Origin: Vulcanimicrobiota bacterium
Lineage (GTDB): Bacteria > Vulcanimicrobiota > Vulcanimicrobiia > Vulcanimicrobiales > Vulcanimicrobiaceae
Reading direction: 5' to 3'
Length of the DNA: 64,000 bases
Assembly (NCBI GenBank): GCA_963786105.1
Contig: CAWAXX010000024.1
Location: forward strand, 32,001-96,000
The notes under the pieces: model-generated
Databases searched by the model: none
Told to the model about the DNA's origin: nothing
What the model saw: only the letters and a program-made list of their open reading frames with translations
Position numbers and translations under genes: made by a program
Part shown: positions 30,986-40,233 of the stretch, one piece after another
Layout: each line of letters starts with the position of its first letter
Numbering within the stretch: the stretch's first letter is position 1

Positions 30986-32399
30986 CGTCCGGTGGCTGTC
31001 CGTCGGGAAGTTGATGGAGGAAGTACTCGGCCTTGAGCGGTGCATTGATGTGATGGAATTTGTGCGGCGGTTTGGAAAAGTCGAAGACGTCGACGATACT
31101 CGTCGCGCGAGAGTCGGTGTGATTGAGCGAGGGGAGATGGAAAGCTTCCTCGATAAATTTCAGGATGCTGCCGTACTCGTACTGCGTATGCGAGACGTGA
31201 TGCACCTTTGAGTACGGTGAAATGATGATACATGGTACGCGAAAGCCGAGACCAACCCAATCCGGCTGCGGCGGCGGCACGTTGTCGTACCACCCGCCCC
31301 AGTCATCCCAGAGTACGATGATGGCGGTGTCGTTCCAGTACTTGCTTTCCCCGATGGCGTTGACGATCGACGAGACCCACGACGGACCGCCGGTGTTGCC
31401 GACGTCGTGATCGGAGTTGGGCGACTTCGGCACGACCCACGACATCGACGGGAGTTTCCCATCGGCGATATCGGTGAGGACGGTCGTTTCGGGCGAAATG
31501 ACGTGGTTCTTCCAATCCGGACCCTCGTATACGGCCTTGATTGCACGGAACTCCGACCAAACGCGCGAGCCGAAGTCCTCGGTTAGCGAGGGGGCGTAGT
31601 ACTTCCACGACACTTTCGCGTGATCGAGCGTGCCGGCCATCGTCGTGAACTGCGTGAAGCACGGATATGGTCCCCACGGAGCCGGATTTGAGGGAGGGTA
31701 GCCCGACCAGTGATGCTGTGGGTCGAGGATTTGCGTTTTCGTGGGGGGATTCTTAGGCGCATCGCACCCCCACGGCGTTTGCGTCGGAACGGTTACCGCC
31801 TCGTTGCTGCTAATCTGAGTTGTGCCCGCGATCAAATCGAGATGCGCCGAGAAGCTGCCGCCCCATGCCGTCGGAAACATATGATCGGCGAGCGTGTAGT
31901 TGTACGCCATGTCCCAGTACGGCTGTATCAGCGTTTTCTTGAGATAAGCATAAGACGCATACCCTGACGGGTTGTTCGGCGGCTTGTCGAACGGCACGAT
32001 GTTGAACTGGTCCATCTTGCCTTTGTCGAACGCCTTGAACGTCCACTCGACCCCGTGATAGATCGTGGGCGCATTCCAACCGATGGCCTTCAGGTTGACT
32101 TTGACCTCCTCGGGTTTGCTGCCTTTCATGACTTTCGCGTATCCATACATCGGCGCATCGGCGCCTTTGAATCCGGCGAACAAGTTCTCGAAGCTGCGAT
32201 TCTCTTGCACGATGACGACGACGTGCTTGATGTAGTTCGAAACTGGAACGCCCGGCTCGATGCTCTCTTGGAGAATGGGGTCGCTTAGCGGCAACGCTGA
32301 TGGAACGCTGCTGCGCGAGCCAGGCATGGAGCACCCTGACGTCATCAAGGCGATGACACAGGCGAAAATGCCTATCCGTTGAGTACAGATCCGCTTCAC
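30978..32399 (-). CDS. Exported phosphoesterase / phospholipase C, copy 7
   Basis: GGAGG RBS, GTG start and TSGC lipobox-like site. Motifs ENRSFE, GGSFSAH and [10 protein letters not shown]. Confidence 0.92.
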   Translation of the reverse strand: MKRICTQRIGIFACVIALMTSGCSMPGSRSSVPSALPLSDPILQESIEPGVPVSNYIKHVVVIVQENRSFENLFAGFKGADAPMYGYAKVMKGSKPEEVKVNLKAIGWNAPTIYHGVEWTFKAFDKGKMDQFNIVPFDKPPNNPSGYASYAYLKKTLIQPYWDMAYNYTLADHMFPTAWGGSFSAHLDLIAGTTQISSNEAVTVPTQTPWGCDAPKNPPTKTQILDPQHHWSGYPPSNPAPWGPYPCFTQFTTMAGTLDHAKVSWKYYAPSLTEDFGSRVWSEFRAIKAVYEGPDWKNHVISPETTVLTDIADGKLPSMSWVVPKSPNSDHDVGNTGGPSWVSSIVNAIGESKYWNDTAIIVLWDDWGGWYDNVPPPQPDWVGLGFRVPCIIISPYSKVHHVSHTQYEYGSILKFIEEAFHLPSLNHTDSRATSIVDVFDFSKPPHKFHHINAPLKAEYFLHQLPDGQPPDDE

Positions 32400-32463
32400 C
32401 TGTGAAAGACCTCCCGACGCTCTCTTTGGAAAAGAGACGTTCGTGAGGCCGCAGGCCTCTCTC

Positions 32464-32910
32464 CTACCCTTTGCGCCTATGGAACCAAGCGTGCACGTCG
32501 CGCATCGTCGCCCACAGGCCGGCCCCGAACGTGAGGTAACGATTTCCGAGGAAGCCGACGACGGCGCTTGGGGGAATCGAGAGCGCCTTGGCCAGCAACG
32601 GGGTGAGATGGAAAATGTACGTTCCCGCTTCGACGAACAGCAATGCCACGAGCCAGTTGACGAGCGTAACCGCGAGGTAGGTTCCGGCTTGAACGACGGC
32701 CGCTCGATCGAAAGCGCGAAACGTCCAGTGCCGGTTCAAGAAGAACTGCAGCGCCGTGGCAACCCCATACGCCAGGGTCACCGCGACCGGAGGCGGCACG
32801 TGCAATCGCAGCAGCGCCCAAAAGAGACTGAAGTCAATCAACGTTCCGATCGCACCGACGGCGGCGTACGTCGTAAACTGGCGAGTCAAGGCGTCCTTGG
32901 CCGGTGGCAT
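32464..32910 (-). CDS. GtrA-family membrane protein (putative polyprenol-P-sugar flippase)
   Basis: Four hydrophobic segments with YAAVG..GT.ID, FFLNRHWTF, LAKAL and FLGNRYLTF. Confidence 0.88.
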   Translation of the reverse strand: MPPAKDALTRQFTTYAAVGAIGTLIDFSLFWALLRLHVPPPVAVTLAYGVATALQFFLNRHWTFRAFDRAAVVQAGTYLAVTLVNWLVALLFVEAGTYIFHLTPLLAKALSIPPSAVVGFLGNRYLTFGAGLWATMRDVHAWFHRRKG

Positions 32911-32972
32911 CGGGCAGGAAGCCGTGCCGGAGGCTTCGCATTATCTCCGGGCACAAGCGATAAGGGGTAACC

Positions 32973-34346
32973 ATGCGCGCCAAGAGCATTGCCGTATTTT
33001 GTCTGGCAACGTTGGTTGCAGGGTGTTCGGCTGGTCGTGCGCCCGGAGGCCTGCAAGGGCCGGCCGGAAACGTCGTTCCGGCGCCGCCGGCCTTGGAGCA
33101 CGCGAGCGCCGAAAGTCTTCCGATCAGCCATTACATCAAGCACGTCGTCATCATCATTCAAGAAAACCGGAGCTTCGAGAACATCTTCGCGGGCTTCCCG
33201 AAAGCCGACGCGCCGATGTACGGCTATTTGCACAACGGAAACAAGATCGATCTCCACTCGCAGGACTTCAAGGGGAACGATTTGCCGCACGGTTATGCGG
33301 CGGCAATCTGGGACTATAACGGCGGCGCCATGAACGCCTTCGATACGGCCATTCAAAAATGGCCCCGCCCAGGCGAGAAGCCGACATATCCGTACGCGTA
33401 CCTCGATCGCAAGGACTCGGCGCCGTACTGGGCGATGGCGAAGCAGTACGTGCTCGCCGATCACATGTTCCCGACGGAATGGGGTAATAGCTTCACGGCG
33501 CACATCGATCTCATCGCCGCAACCACCTTTTTGAACGACCAGAAGACGCTCGCGCTGGTCGACACGCCGTCGGTTGGGCCGTGGGGCTGCGATTCGCCGA
33601 AAGGCGCGACGACGCCCACGCTCGACTCGCAGCTGCACCGGGTCTTAAAGGGGCCGTTTCCGTGTTTCACGCGCTTCGCAACGTTGGCGCACCCTCTCGA
33701 CGCGAAGGGCGTATCTTGGCGATACTACGCGCCGATCGTGCACGGTCCGGGCGGAATCTACTCGGCGTTCGACGCGATCAAACAAGTTCGCAACGGCCCC
33801 GATTGGAGCAAGGACGTCATTAGTCCGCAGACGCAGATCCTCACCGACGCCGCCAAGCCCGGCGGGTTGGCTTCGGTAACCTGGGTCGTGCCCACTGGAA
33901 TCGATTCGGATCATGCGGGCAACAACAGCGACACCGGTCCGTCGTGGGTGGCGGCGATCGTCAACACCATCGGCAAGAGCCCGTCTTGGCCTTCGACGGC
34001 CATCGTCGTGCTGTGGGACGACTGGGGCGGCTGGTACGACAACCTGGCACCGCCGCAATTGGATTTCCTCGGCTTGGGCGAGCGCGTGCCCGCGATCGTC
34101 ATCTCGCCCTACGCGAAGCCGGGCTACGTGTCGCAGACGCAGTACGAATTCGGAAGCGTCCTAAAGTTCACCGAGTCGGTGTTCAATTTGCCGTCGCTCG
34201 GCTTCAGCGACGAGCGTGCGACCGGTATCTCGGATGCCTTTGACTTTAGCCAAAAACCGCGCGCGTTCAAAGTTATTCCCGCCAAGTACCCGCCCAGCCA
34301 CTTCCTGCAGCGCCCGCCGACGTTCTTACCGCCGGACGACGACTAG
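32973..34346 (+). CDS. Exported phosphoesterase / phospholipase C, copy 8
   Basis: Lipobox LVAGC. Motifs ENRSFE, GNSFTAH and [10 protein letters not shown]. Confidence 0.93.
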   Translation: MRAKSIAVFCLATLVAGCSAGRAPGGLQGPAGNVVPAPPALEHASAESLPISHYIKHVVIIIQENRSFENIFAGFPKADAPMYGYLHNGNKIDLHSQDFKGNDLPHGYAAAIWDYNGGAMNAFDTAIQKWPRPGEKPTYPYAYLDRKDSAPYWAMAKQYVLADHMFPTEWGNSFTAHIDLIAATTFLNDQKTLALVDTPSVGPWGCDSPKGATTPTLDSQLHRVLKGPFPCFTRFATLAHPLDAKGVSWRYYAPIVHGPGGIYSAFDAIKQVRNGPDWSKDVISPQTQILTDAAKPGGLASVTWVVPTGIDSDHAGNNSDTGPSWVAAIVNTIGKSPSWPSTAIVVLWDDWGGWYDNLAPPQLDFLGLGERVPAIVISPYAKPGYVSQTQYEFGSVLKFTESVFNLPSLGFSDERATGISDAFDFSQKPRAFKVIPAKYPPSHFLQRPPTFLPPDDD

Positions 34347-34349
34347 CGG

Positions 34350-35153
34350 CTACGTTGCGACGCGCAGGCGATCGCAAAGCGCGCGCGTTTGTGCTTCGAA
34401 GTCCTCGTAGCGCGTGCCGAACAGCCGCTCGTAGAGCAACTCGCCGTCGTGCGGCCGACGGCAAAGACGCGCGACGTCGAACGCTGCGACCGATTCCCGA
34501 TGCGCAATCGCGCGTTCGTATAAGGCTCCGGGAAAGAGACCCAGCCACGTGCGCCACTGCGACCGGTAGTGACGGCACGCGAACGCGGCAGCCCACCGCG
34601 TCCGCAGCGGCATGACGGCGCGGCGCGACGCCTTGGCGGTCGGAAGCTGTCGCATCGTCGCGAAGAACGGCCGCGGGCAGCGGTAGGCGTTGTACAGCGA
34701 AAAATGCCATGATTCGGTTACTATGCCGTGGTTATTCGCAATGACGGCGGCAACCAGATGGGCGGCGTCGTGATCGGGATGACCGCCTTCGTAGGACGGC
34801 GCGTACAGCCTCTGAGGGGCGAACGACGAACGTTCGATCCAACGTTCGATCGCGTCGACGGCTTCACACGATCGAGCGGCGAGCTCCTGGTCGGCAATGC
34901 GCCCGCTATTGGTCCGCACGATCGCGATGCTTTCGTCGCCAACGCCCAGCGACCGCAGGACGCTCCGGCTTTCCTCATCGCGCACCTCCGGATCCGCGCG
35001 GCTTCCGCCGTCCGTTAGGTACAAGCAAGCGATAGCCGTACCGCGCGCGACCTCTTCGAGGATCCACGGTATTGCGGCGTACTCGTCGTCCTGATGCGCG
35101 AAGGCGAAGAGCGCACGCGTGACCGTCGTCGAGGGCTTGGGGCTGGAGGCCAC
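34350..35153 (-). CDS. PIG-L family de-N-acetylase
   Basis: Motifs AHQDDE, YLTDG, RDEES and GGHPDHD. Confidence 0.88.
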   Translation of the reverse strand: MASSPKPSTTVTRALFAFAHQDDEYAAIPWILEEVARGTAIACLYLTDGGSRADPEVRDEESRSVLRSLGVGDESIAIVRTNSGRIADQELAARSCEAVDAIERWIERSSFAPQRLYAPSYEGGHPDHDAAHLVAAVIANNHGIVTESWHFSLYNAYRCPRPFFATMRQLPTAKASRRAVMPLRTRWAAAFACRHYRSQWRTWLGLFPGALYERAIAHRESVAAFDVARLCRRPHDGELLYERLFGTRYEDFEAQTRALCDRLRVAT

Positions 35154-35260
35154 GGTCGATACATGCGGCGCCTACGAAGGCATCCCCCCCGGGTAGGACA
35201 GCCGTTTGATTGGCGGCGAAACCATGATTGCCCGGAATACGGCAAAAGGAGAACTCCGTC

Positions 35261-36685
35261 GTGAGAAGGCTCGCTATCTTGCTCGTCGCAACGTTGGTCG
35301 TTGGTTGTAGCGGTCCGATATCGCAAGGTTCGGCGGTGCCGGCCGCGCCGGTGCGCGGCTCTATGCGCGCGCTCGAAGCCGCGAGAGTTGTTCCGCGATC
35401 GACGAAAATTCAATACGTCATCGTCATGGTGCAGGAGAACCGCAGTTTCGACAATTTCTTTTACGGGTTCCCCGGCGCCGACTATGCCAAGTCCGGGATG
35501 GGTCACGGCAAGGTCTATCCGATGATGCCGGTGGGCTTAAAATTTAAGTTCGTTCTCAATCACAGCCACTCGCAGTTTCTCGAGGACTACGATGGAGGCA
35601 AGAACGACGGCTTCGACGACATGATCTCCGGCTGGTTCCACGGACCCGGTTGCAAAGACTATCGTAACCATCCGGCGTGCTGGGACTTCTATCCCGAAAA
35701 AGAAATCAAGAAGATGGCGTATTCCTATGTCAAGCAAGTCGACATTCAGCCGTACTGGACGATGGCGCAGGAGTACGGGCTTGGCGACCACACGTTTACC
35801 TCCAACAGCGGACCGACGTTTCCGGCCCATCAGTATTATATTGCCGGACAGTCGGCCCACACGTCGGAAGTGCCCGCGGGGAACCCCTGGGGCTGCGACG
35901 GACCGCCGAGCAACAGCGTCGTGAAGCTCATCTACGGATATCCGTCGCCGCCGCACGACTTTTCAAAGGCCACCGGCCACGAAGTTGATGGCCCGTTCCC
36001 GTGCTTTGACTACATGACGATTGCGGATTTGCTCGACGCGGCGGGCGTATCGTGGCACTACTACGTCTCAAACCCGATCGACTCGTCGTTAAACGGATTC
36101 GCTGCCGTCAGGGCAGTGCGCTACGGGCCGGATTGGGCAAATATGGAGACCAACACTGACATCTTCAAAGACATCACCAACGGGAATTTAGCACACGTTT
36201 CGTGGGTGACGCCCTCACCGCCCAACTCCGATCATCCCGGTCCGGATAGCGGCTCGGGCGGCCCGGACTGGGTCGCGTCGGTCGTGAACGCCGTCGGCGA
36301 GAGCAAATACTGGAACAACGCGGCAATCGTCATTATGTGGGACGATTGGGGCGGCTGGTACGACCACGTCCCGCCCCCGCAGCTTCCGGATCGAAAGACG
36401 GGCGCGTACGAGGGCCTCGGCTTTCGCACGCCGTTGATCGTCGTCTCGCCGTACGCGAAGACGCACTATATTTCGCACCACCAGCACGAACTCGCCAGCA
36501 GCATGACCTTCATCGAAAAAATATTCGGCCTTCCGTCGCTCGGGCTGGCGGATGCTCGGGCCGACGCCTTTAGCGACATGTTCAACTTTTCGCAGAAACC
36601 GACGCCGTTCCAACCGATACCGACGCACCTCGACGCGAAGTACTTCATCGACCATCCGTCTTCCGGACAGGTCGACGAAGAGTAG
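35261..36685 (+). CDS. Exported phosphoesterase / phospholipase C, copy 9
   Basis: AGGAG RBS, GTG start and lipobox VVGC. Motifs ENRSFD, SGPTFPAH and [11 protein letters not shown]. Confidence 0.93.
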   Translation: MRRLAILLVATLVVGCSGPISQGSAVPAAPVRGSMRALEAARVVPRSTKIQYVIVMVQENRSFDNFFYGFPGADYAKSGMGHGKVYPMMPVGLKFKFVLNHSHSQFLEDYDGGKNDGFDDMISGWFHGPGCKDYRNHPACWDFYPEKEIKKMAYSYVKQVDIQPYWTMAQEYGLGDHTFTSNSGPTFPAHQYYIAGQSAHTSEVPAGNPWGCDGPPSNSVVKLIYGYPSPPHDFSKATGHEVDGPFPCFDYMTIADLLDAAGVSWHYYVSNPIDSSLNGFAAVRAVRYGPDWANMETNTDIFKDITNGNLAHVSWVTPSPPNSDHPGPDSGSGGPDWVASVVNAVGESKYWNNAAIVIMWDDWGGWYDHVPPPQLPDRKTGAYEGLGFRTPLIVVSPYAKTHYISHHQHELASSMTFIEKIFGLPSLGLADARADAFSDMFNFSQKPTPFQPIPTHLDAKYFIDHPSSGQVDEE

Positions 36686-36697
36686 GCGGCCCGCCGG

Positions 36698-37936
36698 CTA
36701 GTGCTCGAAGACGATTTCGTCGATGCGGGGTCCGACGTCGCGGATGTCGCCGCTGATTCCGAGATCGCTGTGGTTCACCGTCGCCGATGACGTGATGCGC
36801 ATGGTCGTCGACTGCCCCTTGGCAATGCGCCGGTCGCAACGTAACGTGATTTTCCCGGCCGACGCCGGAACGCGCGCGACGACCTTTCCATCGACTTCTA
36901 CGGCGACTTCGGTGTTGGCCGGCATTCCGGCCGGAACCGTCGCTTGGACGATCCAGCTGCGAATGTCGCGCAGCGGTTCGAGCGTAAATTCGAGGGCGCC
37001 GTCGGTCCAGCCGTCTTCGTACCCACCCTTGATCTTGCCCGTCTGGCGGACGTATCCGACGAGCGGCAAGCGAAGCAACGGCAGCATCCCAGCGAGGCGC
37101 GCGCGGTAAAATTCGACTAGCGCCGTCGCCGATTTGGTGCCTTCGGGCCCGCTGCCGGCGAGGGCGTCGGCAACCGGCTTGCCGCTGACGGCGCGACTGT
37201 ATGCGCGAATCACGTCCATGCGCTCGCCGAAGGCCGCGACGCGTCCCTTGTCGAGCCACAGCGCGACGTCGCAAAGCGACGCCACCGTCGACGTGTCGTG
37301 GGTCGCGATGATCGTCGTCCGGCCGCGGCTCCTGAAATCGTCGAGCCAGGCCACGCACTTTGCCTTGAAATGTTCGTCTCCGACCGCGAACACTTCGTCG
37401 ATGAGCAGGATCTCCGGGTCCACGCGAATGGCGGCGGCGAATGCCAGCCGCATCGCCATGCCGGTCGAGTACGTTCGAATCGGGGCGTCGATGAACTCGC
37501 CGAGCTCGGAGAATTCGATCACGTCGTCGAGCTGCGCCTTTGCCTCTTCGCGGCTCAGATCCAAGGGTCAAAAGTTCGATCAAGGGCATTTTCCCGACCG
37601 CTAAAGTCCGGATAGAAGCCGATGCCCAATGACAAAAGAGGGGCGACGGAGCCCTGGATCTGCAGCTCCCCCTCGTCGGCTTTCGTGACGCCGGCCAGGA
37701 TGCGAAGGAGCGTCGTCTTACCGGATCCGTTTTCGCCGATCAAGCCGAGCGTCTGGCCGCGCTCGAGCGTAAACGTGACGTCCTTTAGCGCATCGACCAC
37801 GCCGTAGCGGCCCTCGAAGTGGACACGCTTAATGACTAAGTCCTTCAGCGTCGTTGGCCTAGCGGTAGCCTGAAAACGAAAACTCTTCGAAATCCCGACC
37901 GCTTCGACCGCGTTCGTTCGTTAAGGTGGAGATCAT
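36698..37936 (-). CDS. wzt: Polysaccharide ABC exporter ATP-binding subunit with atypical C-terminal domain (frameshifts)
   Basis: Walker A GENGSGKT, signature TYSTGMAMRLAFA, Walker B LLIDE and H-loop ATHD. N-terminus AVEAVGISKSF..TLKD. Confidence 0.88.
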
Positions 37937-37998
37937 TGCGCTAATATTCGTTACGCGATGATAGGAGGTCCCCCCGGCCCTCCGGTAAGCATTGTGTT

Positions 37999-40218
37999 GT
38001 GACCCACCCGAACATGAACGCCGAGCTTGCGGCGCGGCTGAGCGACGAGCGGCAACGCCTCGACGACCTCCGCTCGGATTATGAGTTCATTATGCGAAGC
38101 CGCTTTCATGCGCTTCGGGTGCTGTGGTTTTCGCTCAAGCAAGTACTCGGCATCGCGTCGCCCGACGACGTCTTCGCCACCTGGTCCCCCGGCATGGAAC
38201 AACGCCCGACTGCCGGCGGGGCGGCCAGCGGAGGCGCGGCGCTGCGATACGCGGAGACGTTGCTCGTAGACGGCTGGAACGAACGCGTGGCGGCGCGCTC
38301 GATGGCGGATCCGCCGACGGTCAGCATCGTCATTCCGGTTTACAATCATCGCGACGTCACCGTGCGGTGTCTTCAATCGATCGCGGAGTCGTGGTTCGAA
38401 ACCCTGAACGTGCAGTTCGTCGTCGTCGACGACGGATCGTTCGACGGCACGTCCGACGTCGTCACGTCGCTGGCCGGCGTCGACTACGTGCGCAGCGGCA
38501 AGAACGAGGGTTTCGTTCGAGCGTGCAATCGCGGAGCCGCCATCGCGCGCGGCAAGTACGTGTGTTTTCTTAACAACGATACGACCGTCCGCGACGGCTG
38601 GCTGGAACATCTCGTTAATACGGCCGAAGCGGATCCGAAGGTGGGCGTCGTCGGATCGAAGCTCATCTATCCGGACGGCCGGCTGCAGGAAGCCGGAAAC
38701 ATTCTTTGGCGCGACGCGACCGGGTGGAACGTCGGCCACTCCGAGAATCCGGACGACCCTCGATACAACTTCTTGCGCGACGCCGATTACGTTTCGGGTG
38801 CGGCGTTGTTGATTCGCAGGGAACTATTCGAACGACTGGGCGGGTTCTCCGAAGCATATCGGCCGGCGTATTACGAAGATGCGGATTTATGTTTGGGCGT
38901 GCGATCGCTCGGCTATCGAGTCGTGTATCAGCCGCGCTCGGAGATCGTGCATTACGAGGGCCTTACGTCGGGTGACGAACGCTCGGGCGTGAAGCGCTTT
39001 CAAGAAATCAACCGGCCAAAGTTCCGCGCGAAGTGGGCTGCCGTACTCGGGACGCATTTTGAAAACAATCACGCGAACGTCGTGCCGGCATGGCGGCGAG
39101 GCAGCCCCGGCAAGACGATTCTGATCGTCGACTCGTACGTCCCGCTTTACGATCACGAGGCCGGTTCGCAGCGAATGCTGCACGTCGTCAAGATGTTGCG
39201 CGATGCCGGCTATTCCGTCGTGTTTCTTCCCGACAACTACGCACCGTTGCAGCCGTACACGCACGAGCTCCAGCAGCTTGGCGTGGAAGTGCTTCACCAC
39301 ATCGACGGCGGCAAAACGCTGCAAGAGGCGCTCGCCGACGTCCTCCCGCTGGTAGACATCGCTTGGATTAGCCGCCCGGACCTCTTTCAAAAGTACGCTC
39401 CGCTCGTGCGCGCGGCTCCGCGAGTTCGAATCATTTACGACACCGTCGATCTCGGCCACGTGCGCCGTCGCCGGCAAGCCGAGTTGTTGGGGGAGGACGA
39501 CGCGGGCTGGCGCGAGATGCTGAACGTCGAGTCCGATTGCGTTCGTAACGCCGACGTAACCGTCGTCGTTACGGCCGACGAAAAGCGCGTTCTCGAGGAC
39601 CTCGGCTTCGGAAACGTCTTCGTGATTCCCACGATTCACGATGTGATCGCCCGCGAAGAGCGCCGGTTCGCCGACACCAGCGGGCTGCTCTTCATCGCGA
39701 ATTACAACCATCCGCCCAACGTCGATGCCGTTGCGTGGCTCTGCGAAGCCGTCATGCCGATCGTTTGGCAGAGACTCCCCGACGTCACCCTAACGCTGGT
39801 CGGGAGCAATCCTTCTCAAGCCGTCCTCGCTTTGAAGTCGGAACGCGTGCGAGTGACCGGATACGTCCGCGACGTCTCGCCGCACTTTTTGAGAAGCCGC
39901 GTCTTCGTCGCTCCGTTGCGCTTCGGCGCGGGAATGAAGGGCAAGATCGGTCACGCCCTTTCATACGCCCTACCGGTCGTCACTACACCGGTCGGTGCCG
40001 AGGGCCTGGGTTTGCGGCACGGCGAGAACGCCGTGCTTGCCGAAGCGGATCCGGAAAGGTTTGCCGAAGCGATCGTTTCGCTCTACGGTGACGAGGAGCG
40101 CTGGAAACGGATCTCCGCCGCGGCAGCGGCGACGCTGCAGCCGTTCTCGTCGGAAGCAGTCGCCGTGCAGCTGCGATCGCTGCTCGAGCGACTGTCGCTC
40201 ATGCACCTATCATCCTAA
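37999..40218 (+). CDS. Bifunctional GT2-GT4 glycosyltransferase
   Basis: Motifs VSIVIPVYN, VVVDDGS, GFVRACNRG, FLNND, AYYEDADLC and GAGMKGKIGHALSYALPVVTT. Confidence 0.92.
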   Translation: MTHPNMNAELAARLSDERQRLDDLRSDYEFIMRSRFHALRVLWFSLKQVLGIASPDDVFATWSPGMEQRPTAGGAASGGAALRYAETLLVDGWNERVAARSMADPPTVSIVIPVYNHRDVTVRCLQSIAESWFETLNVQFVVVDDGSFDGTSDVVTSLAGVDYVRSGKNEGFVRACNRGAAIARGKYVCFLNNDTTVRDGWLEHLVNTAEADPKVGVVGSKLIYPDGRLQEAGNILWRDATGWNVGHSENPDDPRYNFLRDADYVSGAALLIRRELFERLGGFSEAYRPAYYEDADLCLGVRSLGYRVVYQPRSEIVHYEGLTSGDERSGVKRFQEINRPKFRAKWAAVLGTHFENNHANVVPAWRRGSPGKTILIVDSYVPLYDHEAGSQRMLHVVKMLRDAGYSVVFLPDNYAPLQPYTHELQQLGVEVLHHIDGGKTLQEALADVLPLVDIAWISRPDLFQKYAPLVRAAPRVRIIYDTVDLGHVRRRRQAELLGEDDAGWREMLNVESDCVRNADVTVVVTADEKRVLEDLGFGNVFVIPTIHDVIAREERRFADTSGLLFIANYNHPPNVDAVAWLCEAVMPIVWQRLPDVTLTLVGSNPSQAVLALKSERVRVTGYVRDVSPHFLRSRVFVAPLRFGAGMKGKIGHALSYALPVVTTPVGAEGLGLRHGENAVLAEADPERFAEAIVSLYGDEERWKRISAAAAATLQPFSSEAVAVQLRSLLERLSLMHLSS

Positions 40219-40233
40219 GCGGAGCGCCACAGC

